Positions 17,450-26,479 of a DNA stretch of 64,000 nucleotides are shown in pieces. The position numbers were made by a program, and so were the translations under genes. Numbering within the stretch: the stretch's first letter is position 1; every line of letters starts with the position of its first letter. The notes below the pieces were generated by a model. That model was given only the letters and a program-made list of their open reading frames with translations. It searched no databases and was not told where the DNA came from. The stretch covers positions 5,295-69,294 of IMG/VR virus record IMGVR_UViG_3300002138_000073. One strand, 5' to 3'. This DNA comes from a virus.

Positions 17450-17760
17450 TGACCAAGTTTATCAGTGATCCATCAGAAATTGACCGAACTGTTATCGTCA
17501 CTAAATACTATGGTCAGGCTGGCAAAGAGTGCGATGCAGAGAAAGCTATACTTATTGCCACCGGCTCTGATGACAAAGAGACGTATCGTGCTCTAATTCA
17601 CAATGGCACCATCTACGATCCCACATCTATTAGATTCCCACGCGACAAACAGTATCAGGTCGTAACCAAGGCCTGTTTTGACAAGTATCTACATTCTCTA
17701 ACTACAGGCGATTACGCAGATTATGAAAAAGCAGCCCGCGAGTACCGCAAGCTTAAGTAA
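17449..17760 (+). CDS. Hypothetical protein
   Basis: Coupled ORF. Confidence 0.65.
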   Translation: MTKFISDPSEIDRTVIVTKYYGQAGKECDAEKAILIATGSDDKETYRALIHNGTIYDPTSIRFPRDKQYQVVTKACFDKYLHSLTTGDYADYEKAAREYRKLK

Positions 17761-18091
17761 GATTCAAAAGTTCTACATTGCACATCATAGGTCTAGAGAC
17801 CCTAAGGCTCTGTCAGTAGATGTAGGCTGCACCATCAAGTTGGTCAGGGCATTTCTTCTGTCTTTAGACAAGAGAGACGCCAAGAAAGAGGCCGAAGCAA
17901 AAGAGGCTGAAGCCAACAAGCCACCAGATCGTGGTATTCAACCGGTTAAGACTGACGACCTGATGATGAAGAATAAGAAGAGGGGCATAGTCGTGATGAC
18001 TCAGGCCGCTTCTGAACTTGGTGATGCGACCCGTTCAAATCGAATGTCTCCCAGATTGGCCCAAAATGTCCAAAAGATACGACCAGAGTGA
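17723..18091 (+). CDS. Hypothetical basic protein, possible HTH
   Basis: LSKIQKFYI...LSVDVGCTIKLV; VVMTQAASELGD. Confidence 0.6.
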   Translation: MKKQPASTASLSKIQKFYIAHHRSRDPKALSVDVGCTIKLVRAFLLSLDKRDAKKEAEAKEAEANKPPDRGIQPVKTDDLMMKNKKRGIVVMTQAASELGDATRSNRMSPRLAQNVQKIRPE

Positions 18092-18476
18092 TTTGCGACC
18101 ATTTCAGTCTATGTATAAAGAAGGCTGTGTCACAGTCGACAATTACATAGCTGAGATGATCTTCAAGAGACGTGCGGAGTTCAGCAAAGAAGCACTTCCG
18201 CAAGCATTCTGGAATAATCCTAAATACAAGGGGACGTACCTAAAAGAGATTATTGGGATCAATAGACTCCTTGAGAGGGTATGCTCCTCTTGCATCATTA
18301 AGGCTTTTAGTAAGACCAATGCCTGCTCTATCACCAATCCGGCACTAGTCAGCTTGGCTGAGAAGTACCAGCAAGAGATGGAAGACGTCAGAAAAGTGGT
18401 CACTAAAACCGAGGAGAAGACAGTAGAGGCTCCTCAGAAGCCGTTCGGAAAAGTAAATAGATTGAGTGAATTATGA
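18066..18476 (+). CDS. Hypothetical protein
   Basis: ORF in operon; ATG 18066. Confidence 0.6.
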   Translation: MSKRYDQSDLRPFQSMYKEGCVTVDNYIAEMIFKRRAEFSKEALPQAFWNNPKYKGTYLKEIIGINRLLERVCSSCIIKAFSKTNACSITNPALVSLAEKYQQEMEDVRKVVTKTEEKTVEAPQKPFGKVNRLSEL

Positions 18477-18712
18477 GTGTTACTCAGAAAGATCTATTTG
18501 GCCTATTGCTAGAGAACGCCGAGAACGGACAGGTTCAGATAAAGAGTATTAGCTCTGATACTCATATATTCACAGACTTGGTCGGAGATGGTCGTGGAAA
18601 CTTATTTGCGACACCCTTCAGACCTGATCATGTGGAGCTAAATATCTCTATCAAAATGAAGAGAGATATGTATTTACAAATTAGTGATTTACTTTCTAAG
18701 GTTATGGCGTAA
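18473..18712 (+). CDS. Hypothetical protein
   Basis: ATGA-coupled ORF. Confidence 0.55.
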   Translation: MSVTQKDLFGLLLENAENGQVQIKSISSDTHIFTDLVGDGRGNLFATPFRPDHVELNISIKMKRDMYLQISDLLSKVMA

Positions 18713-18713
18713 C

Positions 18714-19760
18714 ATGGCGAAAAAAGCAAAGAGTGAAGAAGTAGATTCTGGTGATCTTGGTATGGCCGCCATAAAGAAGAAGTATGGAGACATAGTTCGT
18801 CGTGGGTCTACTATTTTCGAAGAAAAGTCTAACAAGAAGTGCATCAGCATAAGCCCTGCGTATGATTATGCTCTTAACGGTGGCATTCTCGAAGGTAGTT
18901 GGACCGTTATTTCTGGCGTAGAAAAATGCGGCAAGTCTTCTCTATGTCTTCAGACAATTGCTAACGGTCAATTACAAGGCCGCAAAGGAATATATGCTGA
19001 CGCAGAAAGCCGTATTAAGTCTTACAACCTATCAGGAATACATGACCTAAATCAGGATGAACTAGAAATTATTAGTGGTAAAAAGGAAGATTTGTCAGCA
19101 GAAGATATTCTAAATACAGTCAATGACATGATAAGGCTACCAAAATTTCATGGGTCAGTTGTGGTTATTGACTCAACCTCTTCTCTACTACCAAGAGATG
19201 AGATGGACGCAGAAGTCTCATCTAAACTTAGAGCCCAACTACCAAAATTACTATCCCACTGGATCAAGAAGAATGCACAAGTTGTAGTACGTAACGACAT
19301 CTTGATGATCCTGATCACCCACTATATCACTAATACTAGCGGATACGGTAAGCATAAGCTTGCAGATTGTGGAGTGATGGTACAATATCAGGCCGATAAT
19401 AGGCTAAATTTTACCCATGTAGAACCTTGGGAAGAAGCCGGTAAAAAGATAGGCCAGAAGACATCGTGCGACATTAGTTGTTCAGCCATGGGAGCTAGTG
19501 GAAAAACCGCTACTTCATATCTCAGATTCGGTCACGGGATAGACTTTACGCAGGAATGCGTAGAGCTATGCGAGCAATTCTGTTTGCTGGACAAGAGCGG
19601 ATCTTGGTATACGATTCCATGCTTTGCGCGTAATCCAGAACTTGCAGAGTTTGCGACTCAAAGCTTTCAGGGCAAGAGTAAGATATACGAGTTCATCTCA
19701 TCGAACTCGGTAGCTGGAGATTTTCTCAAGAAGGAGCTTGCATCATTGCTCGCATCGTGA
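18714..19760 (+). CDS. recA: RecA/UvsX-like recombinase
   Basis: D.ALNGG, Walker A GVEKCGKS, YADAE, VVIDS, KSGSWY. Confidence 0.9.
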   Translation: MAKKAKSEEVDSGDLGMAAIKKKYGDIVRRGSTIFEEKSNKKCISISPAYDYALNGGILEGSWTVISGVEKCGKSSLCLQTIANGQLQGRKGIYADAESRIKSYNLSGIHDLNQDELEIISGKKEDLSAEDILNTVNDMIRLPKFHGSVVVIDSTSSLLPRDEMDAEVSSKLRAQLPKLLSHWIKKNAQVVVRNDILMILITHYITNTSGYGKHKLADCGVMVQYQADNRLNFTHVEPWEEAGKKIGQKTSCDISCSAMGASGKTATSYLRFGHGIDFTQECVELCEQFCLLDKSGSWYTIPCFARNPELAEFATQSFQGKSKIYEFISSNSVAGDFLKKELASLLAS

Positions 19761-20152
19761 TAGGACTGGATGGAAAGCAGCATAAGCTTATTCTCCAGTC
19801 CACCAAACGGAAGACTAGGGCCAAGTCAGCCCCTCACCAAAAAGCCCTTTCTCTTTTACTGGAGATTCTTCCCGGTGCCGTCATCTTTGAAGAGGTGACA
19901 CTGCCGGGCTGTGGGCTATATCTGGATATATTCCTTCCCTCGATGTCTTTAGCTGTTGAAGTGCATGGCAGACAGCATTACGAGTTTATCCCGTTCTTTC
20001 ATAAGACTAAGGCCGACTTCTTTCTTGCCAAAAAGAGAGACAGGGACAAAGCGGAATGGTGCTCAATTAACGATATAGCCTTAGTATCCTTACCACACGA
20101 CGAGGAGGACAAATGGAAGACCTTAATAAGTTCGGCGATATTACAGGACTGA
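19757..20152 (+). CDS. PD-(D/E)XK / Vsr-like endonuclease
   Basis: LYLDIFLP..LAVEVHGRQHY, RDRDK.EWC. Confidence 0.75.
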   Translation: MIGLDGKQHKLILQSTKRKTRAKSAPHQKALSLLLEILPGAVIFEEVTLPGCGLYLDIFLPSMSLAVEVHGRQHYEFIPFFHKTKADFFLAKKRDRDKAEWCSINDIALVSLPHDEEDKWKTLISSAILQD

Positions 20153-20601
20153 ATGACTTAACTTCGTTCATCGACCGGTACTGCATGGAGTTTATGACTC
20201 CTGACTGCAAATTCGACCCAGTTATTCAATCAATCATGGATCTTCCATATGAAGATTTGATCTCGCTGTCGTCTGACGAAGCCTATGCAAATTCTTTCAA
20301 GCTACATTCTTATTGTGTGTATATCCGGAAGGAGATGGACAAGTGCCTAGCGAAGCGACTATGGTGCGAAGAGACTCTGAATAATATGGTTGCCAAAAAC
20401 TGGAAGAACCATTCAGAGTATATGAAGTATGAGGTTAAGAGACAGGCAGTCATAGCCGAAGATACTTTTGCAACAAAAGTGGAGAAGATGAGGATTTATC
20501 TAAACGGGGCGATCTCCCAGTCAGACAACAAACTTGATTCAGTAAAGAGAATGGCAGACATCCTTCAAGACATTGGAAAGAAGAGATCATATGATCGGTA
20601 A
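20113..20601 (+). CDS. Helical protein, possibly a UvsY-like recombination mediator
   Basis: Coiled-coil composition, location near recA; function is inferred. Confidence 0.4.
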   Translation: MEDLNKFGDITGLNDLTSFIDRYCMEFMTPDCKFDPVIQSIMDLPYEDLISLSSDEAYANSFKLHSYCVYIRKEMDKCLAKRLWCEETLNNMVAKNWKNHSEYMKYEVKRQAVIAEDTFATKVEKMRIYLNGAISQSDNKLDSVKRMADILQDIGKKRSYDR

Positions 20602-21097
20602 TTTGAAGCTAGCGATAGATCGTAAAGACTGGGGATTGGTAGTAGAGTTTTACAGACAGCTCACCGGGACTCTTTCGCCAGTAGTTGTAGATACCGCCGT
20701 GGTTAAGCCGACACCAAAGGCCAAAAGGCCTCCAGAGCCCGCGAAGAAGGCGGCAGACGACTTTACGATGAGGCCATCTAAGGCTGTGGCTAGGCGAGAT
20801 GTGAAGACCGTTGAGGAGCCAAAGCAGAAGCCCAAAGGTCGAAAGACAAAACAGCCGGTAAAAGCGAAACAGACTAAGTTCGTGGATACTGGAGAGCAAC
20901 TCGAAGAAGTTGGTGCCGATAAGATCAATGATCAGATTACGCCAACCCCGAGAACAAGGAAGCCATTTAAGCTCCTCAAGATGACATGCATCACCTGTAA
21001 AGCGGTGGACGAAGTTAATCCCATCTTCAAAAGGGACCCCGAGATGTATAAGTGCAACAGTTGTCTTTCAAAGGGAAAAATTAATGGACCTGAGTAA
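20591..21097 (+). CDS. Basic protein with C-terminal Zn finger
   Basis: K/P-rich linker, CITC...CNSC. Confidence 0.6.
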   Translation: MIGNLKLAIDRKDWGLVVEFYRQLTGTLSPVVVDTAVVKPTPKAKRPPEPAKKAADDFTMRPSKAVARRDVKTVEEPKQKPKGRKTKQPVKAKQTKFVDTGEQLEEVGADKINDQITPTPRTRKPFKLLKMTCITCKAVDEVNPIFKRDPEMYKCNSCLSKGKINGPE

Positions 21098-22517
21098 TGT
21101 CGCTAGTGAACGGGCCGTACTAGCTGGTATATGCTCGCATGGAATTGATTGCTATTTAGATGTAGAACCATTTCTTGAGGAAGGAACCTTCACTGTCGAT
21201 TTCAATAAGGTTATGTACAAGTGCATCAAGCACGTAGTTAACAAGATTGACAAGGTCGACTTTGTGTCGCTGCTTTCGGCGGCAACTGATCTGTCGTTGG
21301 GGGACTATGTAAATAAGCCCGATGTTTTGAAACACTTTAACGGGGTTCTTGCTACTCCAGTAGAGTGCTCAAGCGTAACTGGACATGCCAAGAAGATCAG
21401 ACGACTGCAATTCGCCAGACACTTGCAGGACACCATCAAGGAGGCCTATAAGGGACTCAATGACGTATCAGGAGAGGAATCCCTATCAGACATAGTAGCC
21501 CTCGTAGATGCCCCACTACAGAACGCCTCCACGTCGTATCTGAAGAAGGATGAGAATCGCCCAAAACTTCTCGGCGATGCGGGCATGGACTACTTTGATT
21601 ACTTAATGTCTGATGAGATTAAGCAGATAGGTGTTCCTAGTGGGTTCCCATCATATGATGAAGCTATTGGTGGTGGATTCCTTAGGAAGTGTGTAGACTT
21701 GGTCGGGGCAAGGACTAAAGGCGGGAAGAGTATTTTCTGCGAAAATGTATCTCTTCATGTTGCGGGCAAATTAGGTATTCCGGTTTTAGTACTAGATACC
21801 GAAATGTCCGAACTAGACCATATGAATAGATCTTGGGCAAATCTATCTGGAATACCGATCAATACCATCAAGAAAGGGGAGTTTAAAACTGATCCTCTAT
21901 CTATTGACTCGGTAAGATCTGCTAGAGATTCACTTAAAGGAATGCCGTATCACTACATCAATGTTTCCGGTAAGGGGTTTGATGAGATCCTATCTATTGC
22001 GAGGCGATGGGTTCTTAAAGAAGTTGGGTTTGAACCTACTGGGAGAACTAAAGACTGCTTAATCATCTATGACTATTTCAAACTGATGGACTCTTCAGGT
22101 CTCTCTGAGAACATAGCAGAATTCCAAGCTATGGGCTTTCAAGCAACGAAGTTACATAACTTCTGCGTCGAATATGACGTTCCATGCCTGTCGTTTGTCC
22201 AATTGAACAGGGATGGCATAGAGAAAGAGTCTGCCGATGTAATCTCCCAATCTGACAGAATTGGCTGGCTCTGTACTTCGTTCACCATCCTAAAGGCCAA
22301 ATCCACAGAAGAGATTGCTGACGATGGTCCTAAAAATGGCAACAGAAAGCTAGTGCCAGTACTCTCTCGCCATGGTCCGGGCATGACCGACGATGGGTAT
22401 ATCTGTCTCGATATGCGTGGCGAACTAGCAAGGATGAAAGAAATTGGAACTGTTAGACGACTTTCTAAAAACAAAGAATTCCCAGAAAGACCTCCAGAAT
22501 CTGAAAGCGAGGCTTAA
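21084..22517 (+). CDS. dnaB: DnaB-like replicative helicase
   Basis: SERAVLA, GARTKGGKS, LDTEM, IYDY, VQLNR, SRHGP. Confidence 0.93.
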   Translation: MDLSNVASERAVLAGICSHGIDCYLDVEPFLEEGTFTVDFNKVMYKCIKHVVNKIDKVDFVSLLSAATDLSLGDYVNKPDVLKHFNGVLATPVECSSVTGHAKKIRRLQFARHLQDTIKEAYKGLNDVSGEESLSDIVALVDAPLQNASTSYLKKDENRPKLLGDAGMDYFDYLMSDEIKQIGVPSGFPSYDEAIGGGFLRKCVDLVGARTKGGKSIFCENVSLHVAGKLGIPVLVLDTEMSELDHMNRSWANLSGIPINTIKKGEFKTDPLSIDSVRSARDSLKGMPYHYINVSGKGFDEILSIARRWVLKEVGFEPTGRTKDCLIIYDYFKLMDSSGLSENIAEFQAMGFQATKLHNFCVEYDVPCLSFVQLNRDGIEKESADVISQSDRIGWLCTSFTILKAKSTEEIADDGPKNGNRKLVPVLSRHGPGMTDDGYICLDMRGELARMKEIGTVRRLSKNKEFPERPPESESEA

Positions 22518-23454
22518 GGCTAAGATCCCTGTAATTCTTGACTTCTTCGGAGTCCGGACATACAGATCTGGCCAATTGTTGGTGTGCAACTGCCCAATTC
22601 ACGCTGGAGATAATGCTACCGCGTTCAATGTGAACGCGGACACCTCGTCTGAGTTCTGTGGTAGATGGTTCTGCAACACAGCAGGATGTCATAAGAAGTA
22701 TGGTGGCGACATTCTGGGCCTCCTGAGAGGGTTGGCCGAAATAAAAGGCGACGTCTCTTTTACTGATGTCCTGAATCTTGCCTCATCTCTATGTGGAACG
22801 GAACAGATTGACTATGTCTCCGATGCCTTTAATGACTTAATGCTCAGAGACAAGGTAAAACCATCTGGTCCAAGTCGAGCAGAAGTAAGGAGTAAGCTTA
22901 TCCGGCCAGTTGAATTCTATCTGAAGAGAGGATTTTCTGAAAAGATCCTTGACGAATTTGATGTCGGGATTTGTTTAGATCCAACTAAGGAAATGTATAA
23001 CCGTGTTGTGTTTCCGGTATACGACCCTAATGGGAACCATTTGATTGGATGTGTTGGAAGGACCATCACTAACGATCCAGTAAAATGGAAGAACCAGAAG
23101 GGTTTTAAGAAATCTAAGCACCTCTATGGGTATTGGCTAGCTTTTCAGGCCATTTGTCAGACGGGCAAGATTATACTAGTAGAGGGCCAAGGTGACGTGA
23201 TCAGATTCCACGAGGCCGGGATAAGAAACGTCGTCGGGATTTTCGGAAGTAGTTTGTCAGATTGCCAAGAATTATTGTTACAGAAGACTGGTGCTGCGAA
23301 CATAATAACAGTACTCGATAGAGACGAAGCTGGCGACAAATGCAGAGAAGACTGTAACAAACTGAGTCGCCTATTTAATGTGAGGCACGTTGTGCCTCTG
23401 GTAGACGATGTTGGCGAAATGACCGTAGAAGAAGTTCAAGGATTAAAGCTATGA
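22444..23454 (+). CDS. dnaG: DnaG-like primase
   Basis: CPIH...C..C zinc finger, RVVFPV, LVEGQGD and LDRD TOPRIM motifs. Confidence 0.92.
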   Translation: MELLDDFLKTKNSQKDLQNLKARLKAKIPVILDFFGVRTYRSGQLLVCNCPIHAGDNATAFNVNADTSSEFCGRWFCNTAGCHKKYGGDILGLLRGLAEIKGDVSFTDVLNLASSLCGTEQIDYVSDAFNDLMLRDKVKPSGPSRAEVRSKLIRPVEFYLKRGFSEKILDEFDVGICLDPTKEMYNRVVFPVYDPNGNHLIGCVGRTITNDPVKWKNQKGFKKSKHLYGYWLAFQAICQTGKIILVEGQGDVIRFHEAGIRNVVGIFGSSLSDCQELLLQKTGAANIITVLDRDEAGDKCREDCNKLSRLFNVRHVVPLVDDVGEMTVEEVQGLKL

Positions 23455-24302
23455 CTCAGATTGTTTGTTTGGCTGGATCTAAAGAGAGTGGTAAGACGAC
23501 GTCCGCTAATTTTCTCCATGGACATTTGCTTAAGCTTAATGAGGTGATCAGGGAATATGAGATTACCAAGGAAGGTGAGCTTAAGGTAAACACCCACTAC
23601 ATGAAGGATGGGGAAGTCAAAGAGGACATGGGAGTCCTTGACCTATCCCGTAAGGACGATCTATACGTCCAATATGCCGATCAGATGATCTGGCCCTATG
23701 TGAAGATGTATAACTTTGCTGATGCACTGAAAGAACTCTGCATCACCATGTTCGATATTTCCCATGAGCAGGCCTATGGCAACTACAAGAATAGTCTGAC
23801 TAAGCTGAAGTGGGAGAATATGCCGGGGGTTATTACCCCCAGAGATGCTGAAAACTTCCTGTCTAAAATGGGATATAGTCCAGAGCCAGAGATTCTTTCT
23901 GAAATTTTCGATGGCATCGCCATCATCCATAAGCCCGGCTTTATGACGGCTCGCGAAGTTCTCCAGTTCGTCGGCACGGACATCTTCCGCCGCATGTACG
24001 AGCCAGTGTGGGTTAATCTGCTGATGAATAAGATCAAAATGGACTCTCCATTGGTCGCGGTTATCGCCGACTGCCGCTTCGATAACGAGGCACGGGCAAT
24101 AAAAGACGAAGGTGGCACTATCGTGCGACTAACACGACGCCCGACAAGAGACAATCATCCATCCGAAGACGGATTTAAGGATTTCTCAGATTTCGATCTA
24201 GTTTTAGATAACGAAAAACTCGACATCAAATCTGCAAATCAACAACTGCTGGATTTCTTGATCCAGAAGGGTGTAAGCGAGTTCGTTAATAAGGCAGAAT
24301 GA
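23451..24302 (+). CDS. Deoxynucleoside monophosphate kinase
   Basis: GSKESGKTT, FADALK, REVLQFVGTD, DCRFDNE, H.SE. Confidence 0.85.
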   Translation: MTQIVCLAGSKESGKTTSANFLHGHLLKLNEVIREYEITKEGELKVNTHYMKDGEVKEDMGVLDLSRKDDLYVQYADQMIWPYVKMYNFADALKELCITMFDISHEQAYGNYKNSLTKLKWENMPGVITPRDAENFLSKMGYSPEPEILSEIFDGIAIIHKPGFMTAREVLQFVGTDIFRRMYEPVWVNLLMNKIKMDSPLVAVIADCRFDNEARAIKDEGGTIVRLTRRPTRDNHPSEDGFKDFSDFDLVLDNEKLDIKSANQQLLDFLIQKGVSEFVNKAE

Positions 24303-24328
24303 GGTGCTTCGCACCTCTAGGAGATGCT

Positions 24329-25372
24329 ATGATTTTGACCTACCTACGCTCTAGTTCGATTGGCACTTATGCAATGTGCCCCCAGAAGTACTTATTCACA
24401 TACCTTTTAGGTATGAAAGATAAGGATAATGGTAAGGCCATAATGGGCAGTACCATGCATAAAAATCTTGAACTATTGGGCAAGCAGAAAATAGCACAGC
24501 AGAATAAAAAGAGAAGTTTTGTCGATGAAGAATTTGGCAAGATAAATTTCTCTAAGTGTTCAATCGAGTATTTCAATGAGTTATCCCACTCATATTATGA
24601 GAAGCTCTTTCCGGGTATAATGCCCAAAAACTCTAAGAAGATAACATTAGAGTGGACTCATCTAGCCGTCACGAAAATGGATGGAGAGATGAATCCCCTA
24701 AATCAAAATGTTCATGCTGTAGAAGAGTTTTTTGAGGTTGAAGTGCCCCATGAATGGGCAAATTATTCATACAGGGTCGGGGATGAGGTTATTGAGGGGC
24801 GATTAGGACTCAAGGGCACAGTGGACTTGATCCTAAAGGAAGATGATGTCTTCTTTCACGTAGTAGATTATAAATCTGGCAGAAGATACAACTGGGCAAC
24901 TGACACAGTAAAGACCTATGACTGCCTATCTGAGGATAAGCAATTATTACTTTACTACTATGCCTTACGGCTAAAGTATCCAGATAAACACTTCTACATC
25001 TCTATCTATTATACAAACGACTATACCATCGACAAAGTTTTTGTCCCCGGCGGGGTATTCACTTTTGCCTTTGACGATAAAGATTTCAAAAAAGCCGAAG
25101 GCATGATTCGGGAGCAGTTCGAGACTATCAGGGATGATAAGTTCCCCAGAGTCATAAGCAAAACCTGCAACCATTTCAAGTGTAAGTATCTCTGTGCATT
25201 TTCCCAAATCATCCCAGAGATTTCCCCAGATGTACCAGCCTGCATCTTTATGCGTAGCGAAATAGAGCGGATTGGGCTGGACGCAGTTACTGAGAAGTAT
25301 GCCGACTTGAGTCGCATGAAGGTGTACTCTGGGGGCGGCAGGCAGGACGTAATTTTAGAACCAAAAGAATAA
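24329..25372 (+). CDS. Cas4/RecB-like PD-(D/E)XK exonuclease
   Basis: CPQKY, G...H, GTVDLI, VDYKSG, QL..Y, C-terminal Cys cluster. Confidence 0.85.
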   Translation: MILTYLRSSSIGTYAMCPQKYLFTYLLGMKDKDNGKAIMGSTMHKNLELLGKQKIAQQNKKRSFVDEEFGKINFSKCSIEYFNELSHSYYEKLFPGIMPKNSKKITLEWTHLAVTKMDGEMNPLNQNVHAVEEFFEVEVPHEWANYSYRVGDEVIEGRLGLKGTVDLILKEDDVFFHVVDYKSGRRYNWATDTVKTYDCLSEDKQLLLYYYALRLKYPDKHFYISIYYTNDYTIDKVFVPGGVFTFAFDDKDFKKAEGMIREQFETIRDDKFPRVISKTCNHFKCKYLCAFSQIIPEISPDVPACIFMRSEIERIGLDAVTEKYADLSRMKVYSGGGRQDVILEPKE

Positions 25373-25383
25373 GGAGTAGTACA

Positions 25384-26037
25384 ATTAACTACGAAAATTT
25401 TATTTGCTACGATTTAGAAACATCAGGAATAGATACTAATACGGCACAGATAGTACAAATTGGTGCTGTATGTATTGACTCTAGGAGATTAGAGATCATT
25501 GAAGGAAGTGAATTCGACGTACTAATCAAGCCATTATACGGAGAGGAGTGTGCTAAAGCTGGACTACAAGAGTTAACTGACGGAGCCATTAATATCCATA
25601 AGAAGGGTCATGCCCTTTTAGCAGAGAAGGGTGTGACATTAGAAACAGGAATTTCTAATTTTGTGTCATACGTAAATACACACAACTACGGAAAGACAAA
25701 GTGGAAAAGTCCTATTCCGGCAGGCTATAACATCAACAACTACGATACCCCAATTCTTAAAAGGGATTTAGCTAGAACTGGGCTATCTAGTCCATTTCAT
25801 CCATCTATATCGATAGATGTTCTCCAATTAATGTTCCTCTTTTTCGAAAATAATAAAGATGTCACCCGCCTATCCGCCGACTCCCTAATCCGTAAGCACA
25901 TGGGATGGAAAGATAAGGGAGAGTCACACGACGCTCTTGGGGACGTTATTATGACAGCAGAAGTCCTGATCAAGTCAATGCGACTAATCCGCAAGGCCGT
26001 AGGCACCGTCAAATTCGAGAACTGTTTCTCTGTTTAG
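25384..26037 (+). CDS. DEDDh 3'-5' exonuclease (DnaQ-like), ATT start
   Basis: Frame open from ATT 25384 (AAGGAG 7 nt upstream): YDLETSG, AGYNINNYD, HDALGD; the ORF track misses motif I. Confidence 0.85.
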   Translation: MNYENFICYDLETSGIDTNTAQIVQIGAVCIDSRRLEIIEGSEFDVLIKPLYGEECAKAGLQELTDGAINIHKKGHALLAEKGVTLETGISNFVSYVNTHNYGKTKWKSPIPAGYNINNYDTPILKRDLARTGLSSPFHPSISIDVLQLMFLFFENNKDVTRLSADSLIRKHMGWKDKGESHDALGDVIMTAEVLIKSMRLIRKAVGTVKFENCFSV

Positions 26038-26050
26038 CTTAGGGAAACCC

Positions 26051-26479
26051 GTGGAAAACATAACCAAATACGAAGCTCTCATAGCCGATCTAGCTCATAC
26101 CCTGTACAGAAAGACTCACCTATATGACTTTGAAGATCTTTTTCAGATAGGGCTACAATCGGCTGTGAGGCTTCAGAAATCTTTCAATCCTGAAAAATCA
26201 CAACTTTCTACCTTCTACACCCTATGTGTCAGAAGAGATATGGTCAAATTTATCAAAAGGCACAATAGGCTATTCGCGGATGTGCCACAGTATAAAGATT
26301 CTCCAGTATCACTATCGAATGAAGTATGGGAAAGTTTGCCCGACTTAGACCCAGAAGATACAGAGATGGTAAGAATGCTCGTAGCAGGCCACAGTAAAAG
26401 AGAAATAGCCAAAAGATTGTGTCTGCCTATGCCGGAATTGCAGGCCAGACTGAACAAAATAGGAGAGTCAATTGCTTAA
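26051..26479 (+). CDS. Small sigma70-family RNA polymerase sigma factor
   Basis: Region 2 (FEDLFQIG...FNPEKSQLSTF) and region 4 HTH (SKREIAKRL). Confidence 0.8.
   Translation: MENITKYEALIADLAHTLYRKTHLYDFEDLFQIGLQSAVRLQKSFNPEKSQLSTFYTLCVRRDMVKFIKRHNRLFADVPQYKDSPVSLSNEVWESLPDLDPEDTEMVRMLVAGHSKREIAKRLCLPMPELQARLNKIGESIA

Noticed and set aside
24301-24317. Hairpin GAGGTGC-TTC-GCACCTC between the kinase and nuclease genes
   Set aside because: No U tract; at most a stability or processing element, so not called as a terminator
24329-25372. CRISPR-Cas system suggested by the Cas4-like nuclease
   Set aside because: No repeat-spacer array or other cas genes; this is a typical stand-alone phage exonuclease
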